Shown here: piece by piece, positions 14,745-28,533 of the stretch | Numbering within the stretch: the stretch's first letter is position 1 | How the letters are laid out: each line of letters opens with the position of its first letter | Assembly (NCBI GenBank): GCA_951406725.2 | Contig: OX597829.1 | Location: 9,114,001 to 9,178,000, forward strand | Direction: 5' to 3' | Length of the DNA stretch: 64,000 nucleotides | Source of the DNA: Octopus vulgaris | Taxonomy: Eukaryota | Program-made: the position numbers and the translations under genes | The notes under the pieces: model-generated | Databases searched by the model: none | Told to the model about the DNA's origin: nothing | The model's input: the letters and a program-made list of their open reading frames with translations, nothing else

Positions 14745-15169
14745 TGTGTGTGTGTGTGTATAAGGCGAGCCGAGAGCCATTTCCAAAGTAGGGATACACC
14801 TATTTCCTTTCCACACCGGCATCTCGACTCAGTCGCATGCACACACACACACCTACACACACACTCACACACACACACACACAAACCAATACACACTCGC
14901 GCGCACACATAGATACACATGCACACAAATGAAAGGCAATGAATGTGTGTGTATGTGTGTACGTGCGTGTGTGTGTGTGTGTGTATGTGCTCACTGACAA
15001 AACTTCGTGCTGCATCACTTTTATGAAGTTTTGTCAGTGAACAGGTCAACTTAAATACAGCGGGTACTGCTTAAATACAGATGAAAACACTTTAAATGTA
15101 CGCTGTGTGGACGTGTAATGACACCCTAAAGCAATAACCTTCTCACGCTCTCCAATATTTTAATTTCTA

Positions 15170-16933
15170 AACAGAAACGATCAGGAGTAGGAAGCGGGGT
15201 TGCGAAAAACTCATAATTTCTCAAATTTCATTTTTCATAACATATGAATTTATTTATGGGGGAAAATATTGAAAATCATCAATACATGCGAGAGGGATAA
15301 AGAAACGAGAAGTGTTGTGTTTGGATGTGCTAGAAACAACAGCCAAATCGCCCTTAAATCACTCACTTTGCCCTCTGAAAATATTAACAAATTTTTTTTT
15401 TTAATTTACCGAAAATGCTCTTCCTGTGGTTTTGAAGTGCAAAAAAAAATTGACCAAAATAGGTCCAGAGTGGGATGATGTAGGAGGGGGTGTAAAAAAA
15501 AGAGTTTACAAAATTTTTTCATACAAAGATGTCCCCTTCCCAACCCTATCATTTCGAAGGCTGTGACTTAAAAAAGAATGGGGAAAATCCCCGAAAAAAT
15601 TTTCCCCACAGATTTCTTTATAATCGTTTGAAAGGGATTTGTATAAATTTTCATTAAAAGATACTCATCTTCCTGAAAATTATGAGGAAAAAAATGTCAG
15701 ATCGTGTAAATTTTCCTCTCTCCACCCCTCGGAAAAATTCTTTTTCATAAATTCCTATCACATCTAAACAGTATGTGTAGAAAATTTTGTTAAAATGTAT
15801 CCATTTTTCTGGATGTTATGAGGCAACAAAATCGGGGGCGTATACATCTGTAGCAATGCCCTTTTATTTATATGATTTTTTCATTTCATGTTTATTTCAT
15901 CATTGTTTTGCAATGTTCTCTCCACCCCGCTCTCTCAAACATACACACTGCAAAGCTCACAGTTGGGCTGCTGAATTGAAATCTGTATGTTGCTTTGAGG
16001 GGAAGGTAAAACTTGACAAACTGCCTCTCCCTCTGTTGTTTGACTACCATGATGTTTGCTTAAAAATGAGAGATTATGACTGTGATAAATAATGAAAGCA
16101 ATATTTATTAAACAAGTGAGCACTATTATACAAAGAAATGATTAGACGTAAAATACAAAAATTATTAGAACTGGGAATCAAATTTGAAAATATTATCAAG
16201 GGGCTAGCAGAAAACCGCCCGGCAGGTTAAAGAGACACTCGGAACAGAGTGTCTCATCCACCTCACCACTTTCAAAAAGCTACAAACACCCAATATTTCA
16301 CTTTTAGCTTTTTTGTGAAGTGAGCAACTTTCTTCAGAAATAATGTCATTTACCTGTTGTTTCTAGCATGTCGGGTTTTCTGGTGGTGTTCTAATATTTT
16401 TTACGTCTGCTACAATTCTGTACATGCGTGAAACATCAGACGAAAGTGAAACATAGGGAGTTTTCAACTTTTTGAAAGCAGGTAGATGATAGGTGGGGTA
16501 GATTGGGGAAGGGGCATTGAGTGTTTCTTTAAGAAAAATTAAATCTTAAAAAAATATATATTTTCTAGAATCGTAATCTTTGTATTTTTCTACATGAATA
16601 AAAAAAAAATTCGTGAAAAAGTTACAAATTAAGGAATTGCGGTGGGGACGGGGGAAACTGAAATTTTGAAAACATGATTTCTGGGCAAAATCGTATTAAT
16701 CCCTTTTTATACGACGAAACAATTCATAGTTTGTGATCCTTCTTAAGAACAGAAAGCACTTTCATGCAAACTGTACCCTCCACCCACCTTCACTTTTAAA
16801 CAAACAATAACTTCCGTTACGTCAGTAATACAGTTCACTGTATATCAGCTGTGCTGATTCTGCCCATAAAAAAGGAACAAATAATACAATATGGCTATAA
16901 TGACACCCGGGTAATGCCGGGATGCATTGCTAG
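15170..16933 (+). mobile_element. Helitron-like sequence, 5' boundary uncertain
   Basis: 3' hairpin cccgggtaatgccggg followed by atgcattgCTAGt at 16906-16934. A similar terminus in the opposite orientation may lie at about 16204. Confidence 0.4.
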
Positions 16934-16936
16934 TGA

Positions 16937-17054
<118 letters not shown>

Positions 17055-17599
17055 TAGTATGTATGTTTGGGTACGTATATGTATGTATAGTAGCGGGCAA
17101 CAAGTTATCTTTGAGTTTCATTTCACGCTGCTCCTTTTTGCTCAGCTAAATCAGTAATCTTCTAACCGACTTCTGGTTCAACCCTCAACGATCTGCCTGG
17201 TCAATGATAGGAGAGCTGATAGTACGTCTATGTGTATGTCTAATTGCGATTACATACTATGTTGTCCCTGAAAAATTTAATCGTGATGTGGACCCGAACA
17301 CAACCCATTAATTCTGTGTTCTTCATTTTACATTTACACAAGTTACGCTTCTCTCTATATAATTCTGTGGAAAACCTCAGTAATTCTTAATAACAACGGC
17401 AAATAAATACCATTCTTAACTTTTCACTTTGTCTCCTCCCTCTTTTAATTTGAGTAATATCTATTAATTTTTTTTTACATTTCCGCACGCCATCATTTTC
17501 CATAATCACCAAGTGTAACCAGTTATTTTTTTTTAATAAATCAGTGAGCGCTACGGTCCATATTTTAACTATAATTAGCGCCATCGATAGATTCGATAT

Positions 17600-19700
17600 T
17601 TGAATAATTTATGTACAAATTCATTTTTTGCACTCGCGTATGCTAGTTTCTCATCCATCGAAGACAAGATACTCGTAAAGCACAAAAGCCATGCCTTGTT
17701 CTACTGACATCCCAATATAAGGATTCACCACTCTTTTTGTTTGCCTGTCTCCTTTCTTTCTGTACCAGTTAAACTTCTTCAACCATGTCTTTCTGCTAAG
17801 AGGATTTGGTAACATTCTAGATGCAAACATCCACGGTCCACACCTAAGTCATGATTACAGCTCGGTCAAAGAGAAGACCTGCGGGTAGATATGTCACACA
17901 AACGCCCAACCCAGTTTGCGCTCGTTTTCGTCGTCATCTTTCTCCCAGGGATTTAGATATTTCTGTAGGTGCATCAGCCACGGTATGCCTTAGCACGTCA
18001 TCAATGACAGCATCCAAAGATGTCGGTAGCAGATGGATTTTCTAGCCAGTGGAACCTATCCATATTTTTAAGAAACAGAAACGCATGCGCTCTAATCCCC
18101 TAAGTTTGTTTCTTGGAGTAAGATACGCTGGCCAGGCTGTAGTACGCCACTGTAGCGATGTAGGCATTAACCAATTTCGCCTGATTTTTCAGAGACTACT
18201 TCCTCTCGGCCCATTTCTGAATGAGATTGTTCACTCTGCTCGCATATTTTTGGTATTCTTTCAGAATAGTGTTGTCAACTATACTGAATATACAGGGTGT
18301 TCAGGTTAAATTTGGCAGTTTGCATAGAACGAAAAGAAAACATAATGTCTCATCCAAAAACAGAAGCATTTCTTTAAAAATCAATTCGATTATCGCTGGT
18401 AGATAACAGATTACTCAAAGTTGCCGCTCCCATCTTCCAGCACGGCCTCAAGACGGCTCTGGAACTTGTAGAGTCCTTGGGAAGATCTTCAAATGCTTCC
18501 TTGATCTTGGTCACCAGCTTGGCCTTGGTGTTGCAGGCAGAGTGCTTGGTGTCTTTCTCAACCATGCTCCATACATTGTAATCCACGGGATTACAATCGG
18601 GGAAATTGAAGATAATGAAGTAGAAATTCTCCAACAACTATTTCTGATTATTTCCAGAAGTATTGTAATGAGACGAATCCTACTGCCACACATAAGGCCC
18701 TCCAGCAGCAAGCCTCTCTAGCTAAGGTTTGACCGCAATTTCTAGCAGCTTCACATAACTGTCTGAATTAAGCTTAAAGCTCTTTTCAAAGGTGTTGGGA
18801 TGAACTTTGGTGTGTGGACGGAGTCAGAACGCCTGCTGTGTTCCTTCCTGCTGGTCACGGTTTCATAGTCTGCGTTGCAGCTGCCCATGTCACGTCTTAC
18901 AGCCTTTACGGAGTTTACAGAGCGTTCAGCAGCAATTATGATGTCGGCATTTTGACACCCGGCGGAAATCTTCATGTTACAGGTAACTGTTTTCCATTAT
19001 TCAGTTGGCTTCCAGTTCTTCATGTAAGCTAACTTTTTCTCAACTATAACTGTAAGCTTTCTGTTCTCCAATTCTGTTAACTGTTCACCAATACACCAAG
19101 CTGTTCCTGAAAAAAAAGGAGACTTAAAATTCGTCAAATCTGGCCGGAACACTCTGTATTTATATCAGAAGTGTCGGACACCATGATAGTTACGTCGTCT
19201 GCGTAAAGACACGACTGCACTGATTTGTGATTCATTTCGAGTGAGATACTACTCATAGTGTCCATCTTAGCAGTGGCTCCTGATCAAAAATATACAAGAG
19301 AAGAGAGCGGTGGCATCTTAAACGGACCGAGCGTCCGATGCTCAAGGGGTGGTCGTTTAATGCGACTACTGTAGAGAATCCGCTGTATATCGTAGTCATC
19401 TAGCCTCTGAAGACGCGACTAAAACGAACTGCTCTTAATGAGGCTACCATCAAGTGATCTAATTAACCAGTACCCCAATAAAGCACACATTTTTCAGAGC
19501 AGTTCTATCACGTATAGTATGATGTGGAGGCCGTCGCGAATGGACCTGTTAGTTATGAGTTAGAAGTAGTCTACAACGTGCCATTTATTCAGATCCTTCC
19601 TCAGCAGCATCACCGCACTCTGGTTCATTTAATTAAGAATTTTCCTTGTTTGCTGAAATAGAGGCACTTTACCTGAAATAGATCCCATGGGGATCTAGAA
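17600..19700 (-). mobile_element. Old Tx1/L1-clade LINE ORF2 relic, interrupted by a Tc1/mariner insertion
   Basis: Minus-strand translation gives RSIRDGLHII, SIGRSVRLRCHRSLLLYIFDQEPLL (decayed GVRQGCPLSPLLY..EPL) and SCLYADDVTI near 19190-19215. Past the insertion, KWAERK*SLKNQAKLVNAYIATVAYY parallels the ORF at 41142. Confidence 0.7.
18293..19156 (-). mobile_element. Tc1/mariner-type transposon, internally deleted
   Basis: TA-flanked TIRs CAGGGTGTTCAGGTTAAATTTG and CAAATCTGGCCGGAACACTCTG. Translation contains PDCNPVDYNVW (SPDLNPxD motif). Confidence 0.85.
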
Positions 19701-20248
19701 TTTCTAATCACTACTCAACATTTAGGGATAGGAATAAACGTAACAGTACAGGGCTAAGTAAATTAATGTGGGATCTAAAAGACCACAATTTAATTTAGAT
19801 TGGTTGATTCTCTGAATCTCGATACCTTATGACAAATACAAGGAATTCTGTCTTCTCTGTAATTCTGAACTATTTTTTATTCGTTTTTCTAAAAATCCCC
19901 TAGTAAACACGGTTATATAACGTGCATACCGATGTAAACATTGGCAGAAACACACCTTTAGTTCATATAAGTGATATCTATCATTATATACAATTTAGAT
20001 TAATTCTCTTCTTACATTTCACATTCACTAGATATATATTTTTCCAAGTCTATATGGTTTTATTTAATATACATATAGTTATATACTTCTCATTTATTTG
20101 GGTTTTTTCCCCCTCCTCTTTCTATAGGCTACCTCTGACGTCATATCTTCTAACATTTTTTCGAAACAAACTTAATAGCGTTCAGTTAATCACTATACAT
20201 ATCCATCATTTTCTGTTAAAAAGTCTTATTGACGAATTTCATTTCTTC

Positions 20249-20337
20249 ACTTCCCTAAAGAGAAGATTACATTCTTTTACACCATTTTATTCCTTTGGAA
20301 TAATACCAGGGATATCTTCGAAACATGTGTCGGAAGT
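20249..20337 (+). ncRNA. Type I hammerhead-ribozyme fold with one core mutation
   Basis: ACTTCC-CTAAAGA-GAAGAT..ATCTTC-GAAAC-ATGT-GTC-GGAAGT. Stems I, II and III all pair. The core reads CUAAAGA instead of CUGANGA. Confidence 0.65.
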
Positions 20338-20371
20338 AAAAGAATTTGAATAAAAACCTGCGTTTAACTCC

Positions 20372-20463
<92 letters not shown>

Positions 20464-20683
20464 GGTATGTATGTACGTACATACATACATACGTACGTAT
20501 GTATGTATGTATAGTTACCCTCTTAAAAAAGGAGTGGGGGGTATATAATGCCTCTGTGAAATATAATACTTAGAAAAAGAATGGATGTTCATAGGTGGAA
20601 TGTCTGTCTTTATACGTCTGCTCACTTTGACAACAACAACAACAGTAAAGGCAGGGACAAATATTAACAGTTTGCATACTTAC

Positions 20684-20778
20684 AGCATCTGTTGGTTTTG
20701 TCTTTGCCCAAGTCAGAATTGATGAAATGAGAATAAATATCTTTGGCTTTACAATCTTATCCAGGTCTGCATGGAGTT
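20684..20778 (-). CDS. AK7: Adenylate kinase 7, exon 4
   Basis: ctttttaaag acceptor, 95 nt, phase compatible with exon 3: (E)LHADLDKIVKPKIFILISSILTWAKTKPTDA, GTAAGT donor. Matches AK7 'KLFILLSTVMTWARSK'. Confidence 0.93.
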
Positions 20779-21097
20779 CTTTAAAAAGCAAAACATACAA
20801 ATAAAAATACAAATATCATACAAGAAAGAAAAAGATCAAGCAAAGAGTGAATTATTCCGTTATTTATTTCAGTCATTTGATTGTGGCTTAAAGCACTGCC
20901 TTAAAGGGTTTCTAGTCGCAGAAATTGACCCCAGAACTTATTCTTTGTAAGCCTAGTACTAATTCTATCGGACTGTCAAGTGATGTTTGGAGGATAAACA
21001 CAACCCAAACACACACATATACACACACACACAGGTGCAAGCATGTGGTAAGAAGTTTGCTTTCCAACCACACGTGATATATATATATATATATATC

Positions 21098-23890
21098 ATC
21101 ATCATTTAACGTCCGTTTTCCATGCTGGCATGGGTTGGGCGATTTTGACTGAAGTCAGAGAGCCAGATGGCTGCACCAGTCACCAGTCTTGATCTGGCAG
21201 AGTTTCTACAGCTGGATGCCCTTCCTAACGCCAACCACTCCGAGAGTGTAGTGGGTGCTTTTTACGTGCCACCTGCACGGGGGCCAGTCAGGCGGTACTG
21301 GCAATAACCTCACTTGAATCTTTTTACACGTGCCACCGACACAGATGCCAGTGAAGCGACGTTGGTAACGATCACGTTCGAATGGTGCCCTTTTACGTGC
21401 CACGGGTACGGAAGCAAGTTGGCTGCTCTGGCAACGATCACAACGATCACGCTCGGATGGTGTTCTTGGCACCCTACTAGCACAGGCATAAGTGCCAGTA
21501 AGGTGACGCTGGTAACGATCATACTGGAATAGCCGCTCTGTCAACGATCACACTCGTATGGTGCTCCTTGCACCCCGTTAGCACGGATACCAGTCATCGA
21601 AATGATTTTGATTTCACTTGCCTCAACAGGTCTTCGCAAGCAAAAAGTTTAGTGACCAAAGAAGGAAAAGCTACGCATAAGCGAGCTGGTTATGCTCCTG
21701 ACATAGGCCACGGGATATGGTTTCATCTGGCCTGCCGGGTCTTCTTGAGCACAGCATATTTCCAAAGGTCTCGGTCGCTAGTCATTTCCTTGGTGAGGCC
21801 TAATGTTCGAAGGTCGTGCTTCACCACTTCATCCCAGGTCTTCCTGGGTCTACCTCTTCCACAGGTTCCCTCAACGGCTAGGGTGTGGCACTTTTTTACA
21901 CAGCTGTCCTCATCCATTCTCACCACATGACCATACCAGCGCAGTCGTCTCTCTTGCACACCACATCTAATTCTTCTTAGATCCAACTTTTCTCTCAAGG
22001 TACTTACACTGTTGAATATGCACACTGACATTACACATCCATCGGATCATACTGGCTTCATTCCTTGCGAGCTTACGCATATCCTCAGCAGTCACAGCCC
22101 ATGTTTCACTGTCGTGTAGCATGGCTGTTCGTACACATGCATCATACAGTCTACCTTTTACTCTGAGCGAGAGGCCCTTTGTCACCAGCAGAGGTAAGAG
22201 CTCTCTGAACTTTGCCCAAGCTATTTTTATTCTAGCAGCTACACCCTCCTCCACTACTGATTTGGCTACCTAGATAACGGAAGCTATCAACTACTTCTAT
22301 TTTTTCTCCCTGGAATGTGGTGGAAGTTGGTCTCTGCGCATTTTCAGTGTTTATTGCTCCCGAGCATCTGCCACATATAAAAACTATCTTCCCAGTTCGC
22401 CTTCCTTTGATATTACTGCACCTCTTATGTATCTATAGCTTACACTGGGTACATCTTATAGAGTTTCTACCTACACTTCTACTACAGGTCGAGCAGGGCC
22501 ATCTACCTGAAGGGATTTGTGGTTTGCCTGCCTTCCTACTTATTAGGACTTTGGTTTTATCTAGGTTGATTCTAAGGCCCTTCAATTCTAATCCTTGTTT
22601 CCATGTTTGAAACTTCTCTTCTAGTTCTGATAGCGACTCAGCGATTAGAGCAAGGTCATCAGTATAGAGAAGCTCCCAGGGGCATCCTGTCTGGAATTCC
22701 TCCGTTATTGCCTGGATGACTATGATAAATAGGAGGGGGCTGAGGACTGGACCCTGGTGGACCCCAACCTCTACTTTGAATTCTTCAGTGTACTCGTTGC
22801 CAACCCTTACCTTACTTTTAGCGTCCCTGTACATGGCTTGCACAGCTCTCACTAACCATTCATCTATCTCTAGTTTCCTCATTGACCACCAGATAAGGAA
22901 TCGGGGGACCCTGTCAAAGGCTTTCTCCATGTCAGCAGGGGCTTATCTTTGGCTAGGTATTTCTCCTGCAGCTGTCTTACCAGAAATATGGCATCAGTGG
23001 TGCTTTTCCCTGGCACGAAACCAAACTGCATCTCATCCAAGTTGACTCACTCCCTAATTAGTTGGGCTATGACCCTCTCCGTAACCTGATCCAACAGCTT
23101 GATGCCTCTGTAATTATTTGTATCTAGGGCGTCACCTTTACCTTTGTAGCAGTTAACTATTATGCTGCAACACCAGTTATTGCGTATGACTCCTTCGTAT
23201 ATCACCTGAATAACTATACGGGTGACTAGGCTATAGCCGACACTGCCAGATATTTTGAGCATCTCTGCAGTAATTCCTGATGGGCCTGGGGCTTTCCCTG
23301 TCTTCATGCCTTAACTACCAAGGAACTGTCAACACGGATAGCTGGTCCCTCTGTTGGGTCTACATTCGGCAGACTCTCTTTATCACATGTATTTTCTTTA
23401 TTCAGCAACCCTTCATAGTGGCATCTCCAAACCTCTCTCTTTGCATCCTCATTTAGCGCAAGTAAACCATCATCCATGCGAACACATTTCTCTCCTACCA
23501 CATCACGATTCTCTCTCACACACTGTCTTGCAACACAAAATACCTCAAGTCTTTTGTCCTCACGGCGCAGAACATTGGCAAATTTTTTCTTATCTGCTTC
23601 CCCTCTGGCTAAATAGACCTGTCTCCTAGCTTCCCTTCTGGCAGTCTGATACACTTCCCTGCTACCACCGTTCTTCCAGTCCTTCCAAGCCTGTTTCTTT
23701 TGTCTAATAGCCCTGTCAACAATATTGTTCCACCACCACGTTATTTTAGGTCTTGAGGGGACTTTGCACCAACCACAGATCTGGTCAGTGACTCTCAGCA
23801 GGTTGTCCCTTAGAAACCTCCAGTTGTCTTCTACCCCATGTGAAGTTGTATCCCCTTCTATTTCGTCAAGGGCTTCAAGTAATATGTCTC
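21098..23890 (-). mobile_element. RTE-clade LINE, 5'-truncated, with RT and 3' UTR
   Basis: Consecutive ORF fragments carry MKTGKAPGPSG, NYRGIKLL, EKAFDRVPR, GVHQGPVLSPLLF, LYTDDL, RRLRWYGHV.RM and RGRPRKTW. A short (GAT)n tail lies at about 21098. Confidence 0.92.
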
Positions 23891-23893
23891 TAA

Positions 23894-23975
<82 letters not shown>

Positions 23976-24642
23976 ATAAACATATAAATAATGATAGCAT
24001 ATACATATGCTTATATATATATATATATATATATATTGTTATACTTCGGAATGATCATTTTGCCAGTTTAGCCAATAAAAACACATGCACTATATATTTG
24101 GTGTTACATTGCTTCAGTGTTATTTATTTTTTACATTAATCTTAATCTTATTTCAGCCAGAGTTCTTTCGTCACACCCCTGTGACCGCATCAGTGGTCCT
24201 TTGTTTTCTTCTCACTTATTTGTGTCTCTCCTTACTAACCGTCAGCCATTTTGTATTTCTATTGTATGTCTTCATTTGCGCATGCTTATATCTCTATGTG
24301 CGTTTATGTTTATTTAGTGTGTGTGAGGGGGGATGCCTGTAATATTTGTATCTTCTGTTTATATATGTTCATGTAATTTGTATTTTGTACTTTGTTTTTG
24401 TTTTTGTTGTTTTTGTTTATTCTTATTTTGTTCACGTGTTTACATCCACCCATTATTATCATTACATATGCTTGTATGTATGTATGTATAACAACAATAC
24501 TAGTAATAATAATAATAAATTGAATCGAAAAAAAAAAATATATATATATATACAAAAAAAAAAATGACCATTCCGAAGTATAACAATATCTGTTTCAACA
24601 CACGACTTCACATAAAAAATCTTGCACAACAAATATTTAAAC

Positions 24643-24695
<53 letters not shown>

Positions 24696-24707
24696 TATAT
24701 ATATATA

Positions 24708-25010
24708 CTAGCAGTATCGCCCGGCATTGCTCGGGTTTGTAAGGGAAATAACTATAAAGCATTTTTAGAGAGTTATAGCCAAAAAATGGAAAAAAAATTA
24801 TGGTAAATTTTTTTAGTTAAAAAGGTCGAGTTGCGTCCCCTAGACAGTCTGTGGTTTGTGTTTCTGATTCTCGACCCCATGTCGAATTTATCGATTTTTT
24901 CAGAACTGGGGGAACTTTTCAAAATTTTCACTGCGTTAGTTTTGAATTATGACATTGGGCTATGTGTGTGTCAAGTTTCATCAGAATCAGTTGAAAGCCG
25001 AGGCACATTC
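24708..25010 (-). mobile_element. Helitron-like 3' end
   Basis: actagcagtatcgcccggcattgctcggg reads as a hairpin plus CTAG|T on the minus strand, adjoining (TA)n. Confidence 0.55.
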
Positions 25011-25011
25011 A

Positions 25012-25185
25012 GTTGAAGGAGACAAAAGGGGTTTTCTATTTATAGAAATGGGCTTAAGTAAATGTCAGAAATTATTCATTAAGAAATAAAAGTGGAGAGG
25101 GAGTTTTATTTCTTAATGAATAATTTCTGACATTTAATTCACCCCTATTTCTATAAATAGAAAATCTCTTTTGTTTCCTCCCAAC
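25012..25185. repeat. Hairpin/foldback with a 33-bp perfect inner stem
   Basis: 25059-25091 pairs perfectly with 25104-25136 around a 12-nt loop. An 18-bp perfect outer stem and a further imperfect extension follow. Confidence 0.95.
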
Positions 25186-25550
25186 CTTCTAGTAGTTCAA
25201 AATAATTTAAAGAATATTCTTCAGTCATAAGATAAGCTCTACTACCTTAATGTTCTTAAAATTCAAATCAACATCTTTGTCTATATATCTACCTTCTCTA
25301 TAATGTTATCAATTGATATGAAAATTATGTATTAATGGGAAACCTCTATTAATGGCTGATGATTGCTCAACATTTTAAAACTGTTGTAATATTTACAATA
25401 TTTAATAAAATGATGTAGCGTGAAACGATTGTATCAAATTACCGGAGATATTCTTGTTGCTTATTTTGATTATAATCATCCCATGGATTTATATGGATAA
25501 CACCATACAAAATTCTGGTGCATCTAACTTAAGTACCATATTCATTTGAA

Positions 25551-25604
<54 letters not shown>

Positions 25605-26031
25605 TATGTATGTGTATGATGAGTATTCATTGTATCTTTGTATCTGTTTAAAAGCTGATATCACTTTAAAGCAAATGCTTTTTTTTTTTATTGTCATGTA
25701 ATTTAATCGTTTGCCATTTAAACTGGCCACACCCAGCCCATATATTCCACCTGCTTTATGCTCAAACTGGTGAGATCTGACCTTTCACACAACCCTACAA
25801 CATCATTCTAAACAGTTTCCCCATCAAAATCACAAAGCTACATGTAAAAGCATAAGAACTATTACATTTGACAGAGTGATCTGAAAGCTAAAGAGACTAA
25901 GTGAAATCTGACAGAATTAATACCAAGTTTGAAAATTGGTACAAGGTTTGTTACGATCGTCTGCACCCTTTGAGCAATAACTGCGTCAAATATGTATAAG
26001 AATAAAAGTATGTTACATGTTTATGTGTGTA

Positions 26032-26089
<58 letters not shown>

Positions 26090-26113
26090 CACACTGATAA
26101 GTATTATCCTCAC

Positions 26114-26222
26114 CAGAAACAACCCAGGTAGCTTCATCAATCTGGTCATGATCATGTGTGATATCATACACAATGATATCAAATTCAATAAGGCGCTTAT
26201 ATAGTTCATCCCGTGCGCTGAA
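26114..26222 (-). CDS. AK7: Adenylate kinase 7, exon 3
   Basis: tttattttcag acceptor, 109 nt, FSARDELYKRLIEFDIIVYDITHDHDQIDEATWVVS plus 1 nt, GTGAGG donor. Matches AK7 'REDLLMRLLECDVIIYNIT..QMEEAIWAVS'. Confidence 0.92.
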
Positions 26223-26687
26223 CTGAAAATAAATGAAACAACAATAATGATGATGATGATAATGATGATGATGATAATGATGATGATGATTTCAAATTTT
26301 GGCACAAAGCCAACAATTTCAGGGGAGTAGGAAAGTACTTATTTTGTCAACCTGAAAAGGATGAAAGGCAAAGGTAACTCCTTGGCAGAATTTGAACTCA
26401 GACCATAAAGATGGATGAAATGCTTCTAAGCATTTCACTTACCACCTTGATCATCATCATCATCATCATCATTGTTTAACGTCTGCTTTCCATTGACGAT
26501 TTGACTGAGGTCTGGCAAACCAGATGGCTGCACCAGGCTCCAGTCTGATCTGGCAGAGTTTCTACAGCTGGATGCCCTTCCTAACACCAACCACTCCGAG
26601 AGTGTAGTGGGCGCATTTTACGTGCCAGTCTGACAATGGCCATGCTCAAAATGGTATTTTTTATGTGCAATAAGGGGACTTTGCACC

Positions 26688-26741
<54 letters not shown>

Positions 26742-26926
26742 CCTTTCTACTTGAAGCAGAAGGCCACAAATTTGGGTAAAGGAATTCAGTTGATTACATC
26801 AACCCCAGTGTGTAACTGGTACTTAATTTATCGACCCTAAAATGATGAAAGGCAAAGTTGACCTCAGCAGAATTTGAACTCAAAATATTGTGACGGGGAA
26901 AAATACTGTTAGCACACTTGCCGCCC

Positions 26927-27827
<901 letters not shown>

Positions 27828-28170
27828 ATTGAGAAGAAGCAAGAGGAGGAGGAGGAGACAGTGGTGGTGGGGGGTGTTTTGCTAAACTCCAAACAAGCCC
27901 CCTACTCTTGATCTTACATAACATCAAGGATGTGACTCAAGGGGCTGGAGTTTCATGCATAGTGCTTACCAAGCAATTTAAAAGTATATAATTTATTTAG
28001 TAATTACACAATTATTTGTATTAATATAATTTATTGTATTTATTCTTTTTATTTTCCCTGTAGTAGAATAAGACCCACATACAACCTGTTAAAATTCCTA
28101 GTTACACAGCTATACCTGTGTTTGTTTGTTTGTCACTCAAGTAACACTCTTCTCCTTTCAGCCATTCTTT

Positions 28171-28249
<79 letters not shown>

Positions 28250-28257
<8 letters not shown>

Positions 28258-28477
28258 TATAATTCTGAAATGCGAAAAGTTTGTCTGATTTTGGCATTGG
28301 AACAGGTTAAGGGGCACTAGATGGGGTCGGATTGACTCCAAAATTTACAGGGACATGTAAAATGAGGTGAGGATGTTAGTGGGCTAGGTTAGAAATCCCT
28401 ATCTTAAGGTGTCGTTGCTAGGGTGGAAAACGCACATTTTGACAAGTCTACTCTCATTCTATTATCTGCCTGTCTTC

Positions 28478-28533
<56 letters not shown>

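Noticed and set aside
21330-21600. Spaced repeats (ggtaacgatcac..) resembling a CRISPR array
   Set aside because: They are degenerate internal duplications in the RTE 3' UTR with related spacers, in eukaryotic context and with no cas genes.
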